A DNA stretch of 63,621 nucleotides, the filler included, from Octopus bimaculoides (taxonomy: Eukaryota): NCBI RefSeq assembly GCF_001194135.2. It is 6 parts of 6 records of this genome, joined end to end, with 100 filler letters (N's around TTAATTAATTAA, not from the genome) between each part and the next. Parts side by side here need not be neighbours in the genome. Positions count along the whole stretch, not along the records: positions 32,887 to 41,899 come from NC_068982.1; positions 42,000 to 56,158 come from NC_068985.1; 4 more parts are not named here. One strand, written 5' to 3'. The number at the start of each line of letters is the position of its first letter. The stretch's first letter is position 1. The translations under genes and the position numbers were made by a program. The notes under the pieces are model-generated. The model had not been told where the DNA came from, searched no databases, and saw nothing but the letters and a program-made list of their open reading frames with translations. Shown here in pieces: positions 38,767-51,957 of the stretch.

Positions 38767-38966
38767 TCATCATCATCATCATCATCGTTTAACGTCCGCT
38801 TTCCATGCTAGCATGGGTTGGACGATTTGACTGAGGACTGGTGAAACCGGATGGCAACACCAGGCTCCAGTCTGATTTGGCAGAGTTTCTACAGCTGGAT
38901 GCCCTTCCTAACGCCAACCACTCAGAGAGTGTAGTGGGTGCTTTTACGTGTCACCCGCACGAAAAC
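38767..38966 (-). mobile_element. RTE LINE 3' tail with (GAT)n, running into a gap
   Basis: Closely similar to 40435-40620. Confidence 0.85.
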
Positions 38967-39730
38967 NNNNNNNNNNNNNNNNNNNNNNNNNNNNNNNNNN
39001 NNNNNNNNNNNNNNNNNNNNNNNNNNNNNNNNNNNNNNNNNNNNNNNNNNNNNNNNNNNNNNNNNNNNNNNNNNNNNNNNNNNNNNNNNNNNNNNNNNNN
39101 NNNNNNNNNNNNNNNNNNNNNNNNNNNNNNNNNNNNNNNNNNNNNNNNNNNNNNNNNNNNNNNNNNNNNNNNNNNNNNNNNNNNNNNNNNNNNNNNNNNN
39201 NNNNNNNNNNNNNNNNNNNNNNNNNNNNNNNNNNNNNNNNNNNNNNNNNNNNNNNNNNNNNNNNNNNNNNNNNNNNNNNNNNNNNNNNNNNNNNNNNNNN
39301 NNNNNNNNNNNNNNNNNNNNNNNNNNNNNNNNNNNNNNNNNNNNNNNNNNNNNNNNNNNNNNNNNNNNNNNNNNNNNNNNNNNNNNNNNNNNNNNNNNNN
39401 NNNNNNNNNNNNNNNNNNNNNNNNNNNNNNNNNNNNNNNNNNNNNNNNNNNNNNNNNNNNNNNNNNNNNNNNNNNNNNNNNNNNNNNNNNNNNNNNNNNN
39501 NNNNNNNNNNNNNNNNNNNNNNNNNNNNNNNNNNNNNNNNNNNNNNNNNNNNNNNNNNNNNNNNNNNNNNNNNNNNNNNNNNNNNNNNNNNNNNNNNNNN
39601 NNNNNNNNNNNNNNNNNNNNNNNNNNNNNNNNNNNNNNNNNNNNNNNNNNNNNNNNNNNNNNNNNNNNNNNNNNNNNNNNNNNNNNNNNNNNNNNNNNNN
39701 NNNNNNNNNNNNNNNNNNNNNNNNNNNNNN

Positions 39731-39837
39731 ATTGCTTCACCACACACCGAAAATTAGAAATAGCAGCCAAAAACTACAATAGCAGAAATAGTAGTTTTTG
39801 GCTGCTATTTCTAATTTTCGGTGTGTGGTGAAGCAAT
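39731..39837. repeat. Perfect 47-bp inverted repeat with a 13-nt loop
   Basis: 39731-39777 is the exact reverse complement of 39791-39837; it begins at a gap edge. Confidence 0.9.
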
Positions 39838-39910
39838 ACTTGCTGAACCCTAAATTTTAAATTTTATATATATATGTACATTAGAAGGTTTGGAGGTGAT
39901 GTACAGATAT

Positions 39911-40434
39911 TATACATTAGGAAAAATAAGGTATTCAGAAATCTGGATGGTTGTACATTTACAAATATTTATTAACATGTCATATGTTTTTACAAATCAC
40001 ATATTTTCATCTACTCCAATAGATTCTTCAGATTTAAATTGTGTGAAGGGATTTGTTCCAGCCACCTACTTAAAAATATTCTTTTTCTTTATCTCCTGTT
40101 CAAAACACTTCCATTCAGATACACAGGCACACACACACATACACACATGCACGCATACACACACAAACACACACTCTATCTCACTTTCTCCCTCCACTAT
40201 CTCTCCATTCCTCTCCCTTTACACTCCACATTACTCTTCTTCCCCCTCTCTCTCCACCCCAACCCATTCACTAATACTATAAAAAGAGACAAATCCCTTC
40301 ACACAATTTAAATCTGAAGAATCTATTAGAGTAGATGAAAATATGTGATTTGTAAAAACATATGATATGTTAATAAATATTTGTATATGTACAACTATCC
40401 AGATCTCTGAATAACTTATTTTTTCTAATATATA
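39911..40434. mobile_element. Fold-back element with 146-bp inverted arms, each carrying a hammerhead-like motif (probably PLE-derived)
   Basis: Arms at 39911-40056 and 40289-40434. Motif AAAT-CTGAAGA-ATCTA..TAGAT-GAAA-atat-GTG-ATTT at 40310-40351(+) and 39994-40035(-). Confidence 0.7.
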
Positions 40435-41899
40435 TCATCATCATCATCATCATCGTTTAACGTCCGCTTTCCATGTTAGCATGGGTTGGACGATTTGACT
40501 GAGGACTGGTGGACCAGGAGGCAACACCAGGCTCCAATCTGATTTGGCAGAGTTTCTGGAGGTGGATGCCCTTCCTAACGCCAACTACTCCGAGAGTGTA
40601 GTGGGTGCTTTTACGTGCCACCGGCACGAGGGCCAGTCAGGCGGGTACTGGCAACGGCCACGCTCGAAATGGTGTATTTTACGTGTCACCTGCACAAGGG
40701 CCAGTCCAGGGGTACTGGCAACGATCTCGCTCAGATGTCTTACTGGCAAAAGACATGCTCGAAATGGCGTATTACGTGTCACCTGCACAGGAGCCAGTCC
40801 ATTGGCATTGGCAACGATCTTGCTCGAATGTCTTTTCACATGCCAGGAAGGCAACGTTGGTAACAATCCACAGCCATGCTCGAAATGGTGTATTTTATGT
40901 GTCACCTGCACAGGAGCCAGTCCATCGGCACTGGCAACGATCTCGCTCGAATGACTTTTCATGTGCCACTGGCACAAGTGCCAGGAAGGCCACGTTGATA
41001 ACGACCACGCTGGTGCTATTTACGTGGCACCAGCACGGAAGCCAGACAGCTACTCTGGCAATGATCACGCTCGGACGGTACGCTTAATGCTCCACTGGTA
41101 CAAGTGCCATCATGATTTTGCTTTCGCTTGCCTCAACAGGTCTTCACAAGCCGAGTTTAGTGTTCCTACAAATATAGTTCGATTTCACTTGCCTCACCAT
41201 GTCTTCGCAAGCGGAGTTTAGTGTCCAATTAAGGAATGTTACACATAAGTGGGCTGGCTACATCCCTGGCAGAGATCTTGGATTTTGGTCTCACTTGGCC
41301 TGCCGGGTCTTCTCAAGCACAGCATATTTCCATAGGTCATGGTCACAAGTCATTGCCTCGGTGAGGCCTAATGTTCGGAGGTCGTGCTTCACCACCTCAT
41401 CCCAGGTCTTCCTAGGCCTGCCTCTTCCACGGGTTCCCTCAACCGCTAGGCTGTGGCACTTTTTCACGCAGCTATCGTCATCCATTCTCACCACATGTCC
41501 ATACCACGCAAGCGTCTCTCTTGCACACCATAACTGATGCTTCTTATGGTCAACTTTTGTCTGAAGATACTTACGCTCTGTCGGGTATGCACACTGACAT
41601 TACTCATCCATCGGAGCATACTGGCTTCATTTCTTGCGAGCTTACGCATGTCCTCAGCAGTCACGGCCCATGTTTCACTGCCATGTAGCATGGCTGTTCG
41701 TACACATGCGTCATAGTCTGCCTTTTACTCTGAGTGAGAGGCCCTTTGTCGCCAGCAGGGGTAAGAGCTCTCTGAACTTTGCCCAGGCTATTCTTATTCT
41801 AGCAGCTACACTTTCAGCGCACCCACCCCCACTATTAACTTGGTCACCCAGATAGCGGAAGCTATCAACTACGTCTAGTTTTTCTCCCCGGAATGAGAC
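40435..41899 (-). mobile_element. RTE-clade LINE, ORF C-terminus and long 3' UTR with internal tandem units and (GAT)n tail
   Basis: DSFRYLGD..RIRIAWAKFRELLPLL..KGRLYDACVRTAMLHGSETW..ERRLR.YGHVVRMDD..GRGRPRKTW. Confidence 0.92.
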
Positions 41900-41999
41900 N
41901 NNNNNNNNNNNNNNNNNNNNNNNNNNNNNNNNNNNNNNNNNNNTTAATTAATTAANNNNNNNNNNNNNNNNNNNNNNNNNNNNNNNNNNNNNNNNNNNN

Positions 42000-42176
42000 A
42001 TGAATATCAGTCGCAATGCTGGTACCTATTTTTATAATGAGAATGTCAAGAAAAAGAAGTTGGTCTTAACTGTATTCCATTGTAAATTGGATATGGTTGT
42101 TGACACTGTTAATTAGAGTTTTGAAATCAAAGAGTTGGTCGAGTGTGTGGGACCATAGGATGAGGCAATCATCCAA

Positions 42177-42180
<4 letters not shown>
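42000..42180 (-). mobile_element. Penelope-like RT fragment
   Basis: YLDDCLILWSHTLDQLFDFKTLINSVNNHIQFTMEYS*DQLLFLDILI matches the PLE RT YxDD..F..LN...IKFT.E....L.FLD pattern. Confidence 0.8.
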
Positions 42181-42215
<35 letters not shown>

Positions 42216-42239
42216 CTATATCAGCTTTAGCGTGGTGAC

Positions 42240-42900
42240 TTCAAACGTCTGTTAGAAGTTACCTTGCTTTTCTGAGTTCTTCAATTCACTGAACTTTCTC
42301 CTTTATGGTGGTGAAATTATATTTTCATAACTGAATAATTATTGTTTTTATACCTGCTATTTTATTTCATCCAAATTAATCTAAATTCCTTGCATTACTC
42401 TTTTCTAATTTTCCTCTTATTTCTCTATGTTATATTTTATATGTATCATGGGTATCTTAGTATTTATATGAATGTTCTTTCTTAATTCTCTGATTTCCGT
42501 ATCAAATTTAATGTTTGCCTTTTCCCATCATTTTTCTGGCTTGGTTGGGTTATAGATAATTTGATTGAGATTTCCAATTCTTTTTTGTCTCTAGTAAATA
42601 TTTTAAAGTTATCCAAGAAAGTAGATTAATGGATTCTGGTTTATAGTTTTACTGTAGTTTCTAAACACCATACGTGGATTCCTTAAACAGACTTGCAGAA
42701 GTGAAAATATGTTTGCTTGGAATATTCCTCTTGTTTATAGGCTGATTTTAATTATCTTCTTTTGACTATGAAATGATATGGTAGCTTCCAGTTTGACATG
42801 AAATGGTTGATGTACTTTGCATATATTTGCTTAACAAATTTATATGCACTGTCCACAATATCTAAGGTTGATGTATACTATCAAATGTACTTCAATAATC
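42240..42900 (-). mobile_element. Highly decayed R4/RLE-type RT fragment
   Basis: INKRNIPSK / RGIFQANIFSLL..RNP resembles RGIFQGDSLSPLLF..LNP; many lesions. Confidence 0.45.
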
Positions 42901-44019
42901 AAATTATCTATGAGATGTGAAATTACAAGTTTATTATGCACATAATTATGATTTTGTGAATCATGTTATTACAGGAAGTATTTCAATAGTTGCAAATTTT
43001 CACATACAAGTTTCCCTGTATGTAAAGACTTAAAAGTTGAAATACTACGTATGAGAAATGAACAACAATTGCCTGAGTTTGTATTTTTTAATGATTGCTA
43101 TTGCAATGAAATTATTTCCATGAGAGCAATTTCATTGGAAGATCGCTCTCTACTTTTGCAAATATAACTTAAAGCAGACGAAATTTGGGTACGGGACATT
43201 TGGAGAATAAAATGTACACGGCATCATTATTCTACGAAAATACTTATCAAGTTGAAGCTGTGAAAGAGGTGAGGGAAAATAATATACGTGGCTTTTTCTT
43301 GCCCCCTACAAATAACAGCTTACTGTTCAATGAGTTAGACGTCCAACATCGAGTGAAGATGGACATATATGTACTGTGTGCATTGTTTATACAACTGAAA
43401 ACAGGACAAAGAGACAACTTTAGTGTATAACATGCTTGCTTATTGACCAATTCCACATTATGTAGGAGAACTAAGTACGAAAGTCACTTCAAAAGAATCT
43501 GTAATAACACTGACCTTTGGCTTGTAACAAGTTTGATTGCACATAATGGGCAGATGGTCAAAATAGACGTCAATTAGGATAATCTATGGCCGGATGAGTT
43601 TTCATAAACTTGCACTATCATACAGCAATTATGCTTTGTTAAATCCTGTCTTCTGAGTGAGGACAGAAACACGTTATTACACTCTTTTAAGGTGCAAAAT
43701 GTAGCTGTTACACTTGTGATAGTAAAAGTCATATAAGGGCTTCCAATTCCAGGAGAGCGCGAGATGCTAAAAGGAAACATACTGAAACAACAAAAGTAGG
43801 CTATGAAGACTGCTGTTCCTATAGCAACAACACGCACAAATCAGAAAAAAAAGAGATTGCTTCTTCCACTATTTCAAGAGCCGAGCAGGAATTCATAAGC
43901 TATCACATTGTAAGGCTAAAACAAAAACAAAAATGAGCGGGGGATTAAAATGACTGGAGACAATTGAAATAAGAAGACTCGATAAAAGAATCCCTAAACT
44001 CTCCTTCTACTTCTTTATC

Positions 44020-44086
<67 letters not shown>

Positions 44087-44379
44087 GTGATCTGAGATGC
44101 CATGGATGATGATGCACAGGTAAGTGTTCAAAATCATACATCTGCAAAATTTCCTGTATTACGACCACAAAGAACAAGTGTAATCGCCACTCGTACGACA
44201 CACCTGCAGCTTGACACTTCACCCACACAGCAGACCTGGGTCAGTGCAGATTGCAACTGAATCCTTCGATTCTGTAATGTTGCAGAACGTTTACTGCTCT
44301 CGCTCGGCTGAACCCTGTGGTCAGCAAAATATTAACTCTTGCATTTTATAGAATATTTATGGAAGATGAAAGCATGGGA

Positions 44380-45000
44380 ATGATCTTGAACCTCACTGAC
44401 GACAGTCTGAATAGTCTCTCGTAGAAGACTTTCAGGTCGGAGATTATGGATAGCTTTCAAATGATTTTGGTCTGGAAGTACTATAGGGGAGTGTTACCTG
44501 TCCAAATTAAAATCTAGGGTGAAGACAATATGGGATCTGTGAACAAACATCCAGGTGGAGATGTACACTATATGACGAATCCAGCAGCAAGCATTCTTTT
44601 GGGGAGCATATATTACTAATAAGTGGGTGTATGTCGACACATGTTATCGAGTCCACGACAGATCCGGCAATCTGAATCCATCATGAGGGCCAGACCACTG
44701 TCTGCTCTCAGTAAGGAAGAGACAGCAATCTTGCTATGTATGATGGCAGTAGTGAAGGACGTTGTATGGTCATCGTGGTTGAAAAAATTAGAAGACAACA
44801 CTTTTCTTCTCAAGACAATTTTTCGACACCTTCTTTGGCTACAATTGGAGGGGAAGATGAAGACGGAAAAGGAAGTACTGTCCTCCAGAAAATATTAGGA
44901 ACAATAGATGAGTGTATCTAAATTGGTTTATGTTTGTGGGCCTACAATAACTGTGTAGCCGTAGACTGGCGACAAAAACTGTAAGTGAGCTCTTGCCTAT
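44380..45000 (+). mobile_element. Tx1/L1-clade LINE 3' fragment
   Basis: LVWKYYRGVLPV.. and ETAILLCMMAVVKDVVWSSWLKKL..KMKTEKEVLSS; same family as 1470-2330. Confidence 0.7.
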
Positions 45001-45589
45001 TGTAAATCAGATTAATCCAGGATTGTATATAAGGTGTGTCAAATCGCCATACGTGGTTGATCTCAAGTCTAGTATCCTTTTCTTATTTTCATTTACGGTT
45101 TATGATATTTGTAGCAGTTTATTATTTTTATTGTTCTTTAATTATTAATGAGTTCTTATTTTAACTATTGGCGTTGCTCTTGTGCTCGATGTAAATTCCT
45201 TCCACTACCACAACCACCGTACATATATACACAATATTCAGAACACTACTCTACTAAGAGGGCATATATATATTACGAAAAATACTTTTAATGTAATAGA
45301 AGATACAGAAACAAAACTTAACCTTGCACGCATCCAAGTCACACATCCTGCATGGTTCCAATACGTGTAATTCTTTTTGAAGAATCGGAACCCTTGATGC
45401 ATACTTTTTATCAAATCGTGAATAATAAAGATAACAATAATGATAATAATAAATTCATGAGAAATGACATTAAGGAGAAGAGAGTCGTTGATGAGTTTGC
45501 GTGGGAAAAGAAACTGAGAGCGTAATATAACGCCATAATATTGCATAGATTGGTTGAAGATCAGAGAAAGACGGTTTTGTTAATAGAAG

Positions 45590-45657
45590 AAGAAGAAGAA
45601 GAAGAAGAAGAAGAAGAAGAAGAAGAAGAAGAAGAAGAAGAAGAAGAAGAAGAAGAA

Positions 45658-45717
<60 letters not shown>

Positions 45718-45718
45718 G
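45590..45718. repeat. (GAA)n followed by (GAAA)n
   Basis: Visible directly. Confidence 0.95.
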
Positions 45719-46383
45719 TGATTTTGTATCAGTGGAAATATTTCCCAAATGACGAAATTAATGTTCCTTGTGAAAAGGTTTACCGTTATTACTCTGTTGG
45801 ATCCGAGACTGAATTGTGAGGTGATGTCTATAAGGGATAGCGGCATTAAGTATACATTCGACTGTTGGAGTAGGATTTGATGGGAATTCTGCAGGTGGAA
45901 TTATTTAGTGGCATATTTGAAAAGAAGGGAAAGAAATATGTGACTTGCGAAATGTGAATGCGAAATAAGAAAACCTGCTATAGTGTTTCTATTTCTTGTT
46001 GTTGTTGTTATTGATGTTATTTAGCTTCAGGTTAATTTTGATTGAGAAGAATTATGATCAATATTTCAGTATATATACAACTGTATTATTTAGAATGTAA
46101 TTCTTAAAGGTGGTCGTATGTGATTTGATAAAGATTTGGTTGTCGCCTCTCTTGTTTTGGCTTAGCATTTGTTATTAAAGCTGGGGTATTAGTTTCAAAC
46201 TGCGGCATCTAGGATGTCTGAGATACAGGCAATCTGAATTTCAAGACAATATGTTCAAACATTATATATTCAAATCGGTACAAGTTGAATTTCATTTCTG
46301 GGTACGATGTTTTATAGTCAGAGCATTTGTTTACCTAACTTTTAAGTATATGTACCAGATATTCTTTTATCTTTCCTCTAATC

Positions 46384-46500
46384 TTTTACTTGTTTCTCTC
46401 ATTAGACTGTGGCCATGCTGGGGCACCGCCTTGATGGGTTTTACTCGAAAAGAACGACCTCCTTACTTTTTTTAAATGTCTAGTATTTATTCTATTGGGA
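46384..46500 (-). mobile_element. Partial SINE tail
   Basis: cttttacttgtttc..gactgtggccatgctggggcaccgcc. Confidence 0.7.
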
Positions 46501-47599
46501 CTGAACCATAAACCAAGTGATTCTAAAGCGAACTTCTTAACTATACAGACATATGTGCTCCAGTTGTCGGAACAGTTTTGATATTCTAGAAAAGGTAGGA
46601 AACAAGTGCTATTCTCATAAGAATAGCATTCACGCATGCTGTCCTGGCTATTCTCATAGGAATAGCATGGTTAGCATACGTGATGCAAGATGTGTTCAAA
46701 TAGTGATTTGATTGATTAGTGAAGAGAGGGGACACAAAACCATGTACGCTACAGTCTCATTCCTGCCCCAACTCATCTGGTGAGATTGGTACGGATACCC
46801 AGCTAGGATTTCTGTAGGCTAATATCTCTAGGAAAAGTGTGTAGTGATGAACCAAGATATGAACTAACTGAATGCTTACTTACAATGAACACTGCTTATA
46901 GCATAGAGAGACCTTGAATTGGTATTTAAGCATATTAAGTTATGTTAAGACTGAAACTGTGATGAAGTCAGTTAACTAATGGATGTTTCCTTCTTGCTTT
47001 ATAGCATGGTACTTCTACAAAATTATCTCCTTGTACAACAGCTAAGTATAATGTGTGCATTACAGTAAGACGTCTGATAACGATGAACCAAAATTTTGAA
47101 GCGGTTCCAGCTACTTATTTACAACATATCCATTCCTTTACAGTCTCGGAAATTCGTCAGTATCAAAACATCAAACTGAACTGAGCAGTGCACTGTTGGT
47201 GGGTACATAGATGCTAAACCCACTGTATCTGTGGTGTTAGAAGTAACAGAGAAAAGACATTGGATGTAATTGGTATAATATTTGTTATAGTTTAAGAAAA
47301 AGATTTGCTTGTAAGTTACAACACCATTTCCAGATCCTCTTGTCTGAAATAATGTTTATTTCAGATGTAAATAATCACTTTTCGTGATGTAGAATTGGAT
47401 ATATTATAAACACGTGTTGTTTTTAAAATTTGTGACAGGCTGCGAGATCGCAAATCGCTTGAAAACTTTGAAGACGTATGTTTGTCCACGGTCAATAAGA
47501 TCGCGGTGTTGTATGTTTGTTTAATCTACATATTTATTTTAATCAATGCGTAGTAGAAGTATGAAAGATTACATCGTTTGGTCCTTATATTTTCCTAGA

Positions 47600-48600
47600 A
47601 ATTGTACATACTCCACTAGCAGATGCGCCTACCAGAAGCCTGTTAGTGTGAGGCTAAACAGGGCTGACAAACGATATAATGTATGTAAAGAAGAGTGTAA
47701 AAGAACTAAGACGCATATGAATTAAGGGAATGTGGTTAAGAGAAGATTCCACTGAAACAGTAAAATAGGGTCATTTAACAGGAAACAGCTGTTCCAAGAT
47801 ACAGAAGAGTGGAACATGTACGAGAATAGCGTTGCCAGACAGAAAGTTGTTGAGCCGGATTCGATCAAGAACATTGCTGATGTAAAAACAGCAGTATGGA
47901 CCGAAGTTGTCAAAGTAAAGAATCTGCTGTAGAATTAGACAGAGATTTAGAAATGGTAGAGATAGATGATCACTTTGTCGGACAGTGGTAGGAAAGAAGC
48001 GGTCGTTTGTTACAATTTGTATTATCTTTGAGATATTGGACGTGAACATTGAAGCAGGTATTTTGGTGGCTATGCGTGTGCTTGTATGTATGTATGTATG
48101 TATGTATGTGTTTTGCGCAGTCTCCTATATACACACACACATACACATGCGCGCATGCACAGAGACACACTAACATGCTTATATGTATAGATGCTTGTGT
48201 GTTTTGTGAAGAAACTAATGAAGGTGACAAGACCTCATTAAATGCAACATTGTCTGCAATAGGCTTATTTCTCCAGGGATCTTGGGTTTTACAAGGCTTG
48301 TAGGAGCTTTTGAAGAGATTAACCGAAATTACCATAGCAAAGAATAAGATGTTTTAATAGAATTTGAACAGAAACGGAGCAGTGAGTAAACTTGCAGGCA
48401 TTACCAGGGAGCCACTTGCGATACAGTAAAAGACTTTTTCTCATCCTGGTGTTCATCTTGGGTTTCAATAACGGACTATGTTTCCCAATGGTTGATGATG
48501 ATGTCCACTAAGGAGTGCAAACAGTTATGTTTGTCTCTATAACAGTGGTACAGTTATGCTGGAACCGCTTAGAGTTTACAGGTTCATGCGAGATATATCT
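47600..48600 (-). mobile_element. Possible very old CR1/L2 endonuclease remnant
   Basis: Only weak motifs (VIET, FNVHV, CPTK); interrupted by microsatellites. Confidence 0.3.
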
Positions 48601-49514
48601 AAATGAATGTCCAATTACCCATATAGTAGTTTCACTTGAGTATCAGGTAAAACTTTCCAAACGAGAGGGATGATCCTAAGAATAAGAGTTGTCTGACATC
48701 TCTTCTTGAAATTCTAGAAATTTCGTGAGATTCGTAGAGATGACTTTACTCTGATGTATATTATATGTCAGCTGAGATATTATGTTATCACGATTACAAG
48801 GGCTGGTAGCAATTTAAAGATTGTATTTATGGGCAAGAAAGGCATCATGAATGTGTAGAGATTTGGTGGATTGGTCACAAATACAAGTAAGAGAAGAGAA
48901 TAACAGTTCTAAATAGTTTAAGATAAATGATTTAGACTATGTTTACAACTGTTTTGTTGCTGCTTGTAGCTTTAAGGTGTAACTTGGTGGACCGAGTCAG
49001 TGAGAGTTTTGCGCTTTTGTCTTGAAAACGAAAGAGTCACAGTAGCATGGCACGAACCATCGGGCTTTCAGTCGATAGATCGGTATTCTCAAGACTCAGC
49101 TCGCTACAACTTACACCTCCATCCTTCTAAGTTTCTGGCAAAAAATCGATATTCTCGATTAATGACGGGTCTCTAATGTAGTTGTAAGTACTCGCTGAAC
49201 CTGCTTTTTCATTTCTTATTTGAAATCATTTCACATCTTTTACATCACTATAAATTATCACACTTCATCACCACCTCTTTCCTAATGAATTAGCAGGTTG
49301 CATAAGCAATGCAAGAAGCATGCATTATGTTCGATTCACTAAAGTTCTCCTACGAATATTCTCAGTATTATGATACTGATAATTCTTCTACTTACACTGC
49401 TGCAATTGAACGCAAAAACGACTCTGGTGGGTTTTGAACCCACACAACAAACAGCGTAAATATGAAATGCTGTCAAGCAATATTTGTTCAATAATTTCTT
49501 CATAACATATTTAT

Positions 49515-49783
49515 TCTTTTACTCGTTTCAGTCATTTGACTGCGGCCATGCTGGAGCACCACCTTAAATGTTTTAGTCGAAGTAATCAACCCTAGGACTT
49601 ATTCTTTGTGTGCCTAGTACCTATTCTATCGGTCTCTTTGGCCAAACCGTTAAGCTATGGGGATATAAACACACCAGCATCAGTTGTCAAGTGATGGCCT
49701 GGAAACAAACACAAGCACATACAAATATGCGCGCGCACACATTCACACACACAACACTCACACATACATACATGCATACATAC

Positions 49784-49834
<51 letters not shown>

Positions 49835-50152
49835 NNNNNNNNNNNNNNNNNNNNNNNNNNNNNNNNNNNNNNNNNNNNNNNNNNNNNNNNNNNNNNNNNN
49901 NNNNNNNNNNNNNNNNNNNNNNNNNNNNNNNNNNNNNNNNNNNNNNNNNNNCATACATACATACATACATACATACATACATACATACATACATACATAC
50001 GAAAAGCTTCTTCAGTTTCCGTCTACCAAATCCACTCACAAGGCTTTGGTTGGCCCAAGGCTATAGTAGAAGACACTTGCCCAAAGTGTCACTGAATCCG
50101 GAACCATGTGGTTGGGAAAAATCTTCTTAGCACACAACCATGCCTGCGCCTA
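49515..50152 (-). mobile_element. Full-length CORE-type SINE with an expanded internal microsatellite spanning a gap
   Basis: Tail 49515-49700, (CA)/(TACA)/(TA) tract plus gap, head 50000-50152. Confidence 0.85.
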
Positions 50153-50164
50153 CGGTTTCAAAAT

Positions 50165-50320
50165 TTAGCACAAAGTTTTTAGTCGATTACATCGAAACCA
50201 GTGCTCAACTGGTACTTATTTTATCGACTCAGAAAGGATGGCAGTAAAATTCGACCCCAGTGGGTTTGAACTCAGAACAAAAAGAGCCGGAAGAAATGTC
50301 ACTAAGCATATTGTTCTGTA
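50165..50320 (-). mobile_element. tRNA-derived SINE (54801-55222 family)
   Basis: ctggtacttattttatcgactcagaaaggatg..gggtttgaactcagaac. Confidence 0.75.
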
Positions 50321-50338
50321 AATAAAATATAAATATTA

Positions 50339-51610
50339 CAAAGGTTGGTACAATCCGAAAAGTAATTATTAAATGTCTGGCGGTGTCAAATGTTAAAACT
50401 TGATGTATATTAGATAGAATTTTACCAGTTACAGCTGACTAGTTTACAGAATGCTGTCACGTCTTAAAGACTATTTGAAGCTCGCTATTTTGTGTTTTAC
50501 TGTGTAGAGACGCTCCAGAAACTTATGAACTGTCCCAGATTCCTTTAGGAATATCTTGTATGAGCTAAGTATCTATTTCCCCATGCAGAATGGGATCAAG
50601 AACGGTAGAGAGGGGGTGAGAGACGATGAGAAATGTGGGAGGGAGAAAGAGTCAGCGCATCAGAGGGGGGTTGAGAAAATTTGCACTTTTGTGGATGACG
50701 AACGTCGTGTGACGATAAAAACAATAAGCATACTGTCTGGAATTAGTGTGCCAACTGTACGCAGAATTATTCACGAGGATCTGAACATGCGCAAAATTTG
50801 TTTAAAGTTTGTTTCCAGAGTTCTCAGGGACGGACAGAAAGAAAAGATGATTGGTGACAGCAGGGAGGTGGTTGAGTTCATTACCTCCAGTCCAGGAATA
50901 CTTTAATCTCTGGGAACTTGTGGCGAAAGATGGATGTACTGTTATGATTCAGAAGCCAAGAGAGTACCCAATTGAAGCATCCTTGCTCCTCGAGACCAAA
51001 GAAGTCCGAACAAGGCAAGTCCACCTGGAAGCTCATGATGGTCCCCTTTTTCGACAGCAAGGACATCATCTACATCCACTGGATTAACCTTCGGCCAGAC
51101 GGTCTACAAAGAGTACATTGTGGAGATTTTGAAAGAATTCAGAGATTTCTCACAAAAGGCCAGAGTACGTCCATTCGGGTCTGTATGCCTGCACCAGGAC
51201 AATGCACCAGTTCCCAATTCCAACCTGGTAACAAAATATGTGAGAGAGTTGGGTATCAAAACTGTCCCTCACTTTCCCTACAGTCCAGGCCTTCCTTCCT
51301 GTAACTTTCGATTATACTGCTAGCTGAAGGACAACCTCACCGACAGTCGTTTTCAAGACATTCAGAAGATGAACGAAGCTGTGACATGTATCCTGGACTA
51401 TTTCGATTCGAAGGACTTCGATGAAGTGGATGGAGTGGTGGAACAAGTCCATTAAAGTGAGAAGATGCTACTTTGAGTTTTATTACAAGAAATTAGAGTT
51501 TTATAATTTTTGAGATTAATAAATGTCTCTCCTAAAAATACATACACGTGCATACATACATATATACATAACACTCCTAAAAAGTCTCAAAACTTCTGGA
51601 AATCACTTTG
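50339..51610 (+). mobile_element. Mariner transposon fossil, about 1.27 kb
   Basis: GREGVRDDEKCGR, RRIIHEDLNMRKICLKFVSRVL, TCGERWMYCYD, LHQDNAPV, PHFPYSPGLPSCNF. First and third catalytic D appear lost; stops and frameshifts present. Both ends read TA-CAAAG, but TIR identity beyond that is poor, so the ends are tentative. Confidence 0.85.
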
Positions 51611-51957
51611 TAATTCTTTTATACTGTAAACCCGAGTGAATACGCGCGCGCACACACACTCAGATAGATTTATACATACATACATACATACATACATACA
51701 CGTGCATACATACATATATACATGCATGCACACACAGACACATACACACACACACACACACATACATACATACATATATAAATATATGTATATGCTTAAT
51801 AACACTTTCGTACGCACGTAACAGCCGAATCAAACTGTTTTTTTTTTAATGCAATTCCTAGCAAACGTGTTGAATACTGCTTTCTTTCGCTTGTTCAATC
51901 ACACGTATGTGTGTGTGTATATGTGTGTGTGTGCGTATGCATGTATATATACATACA

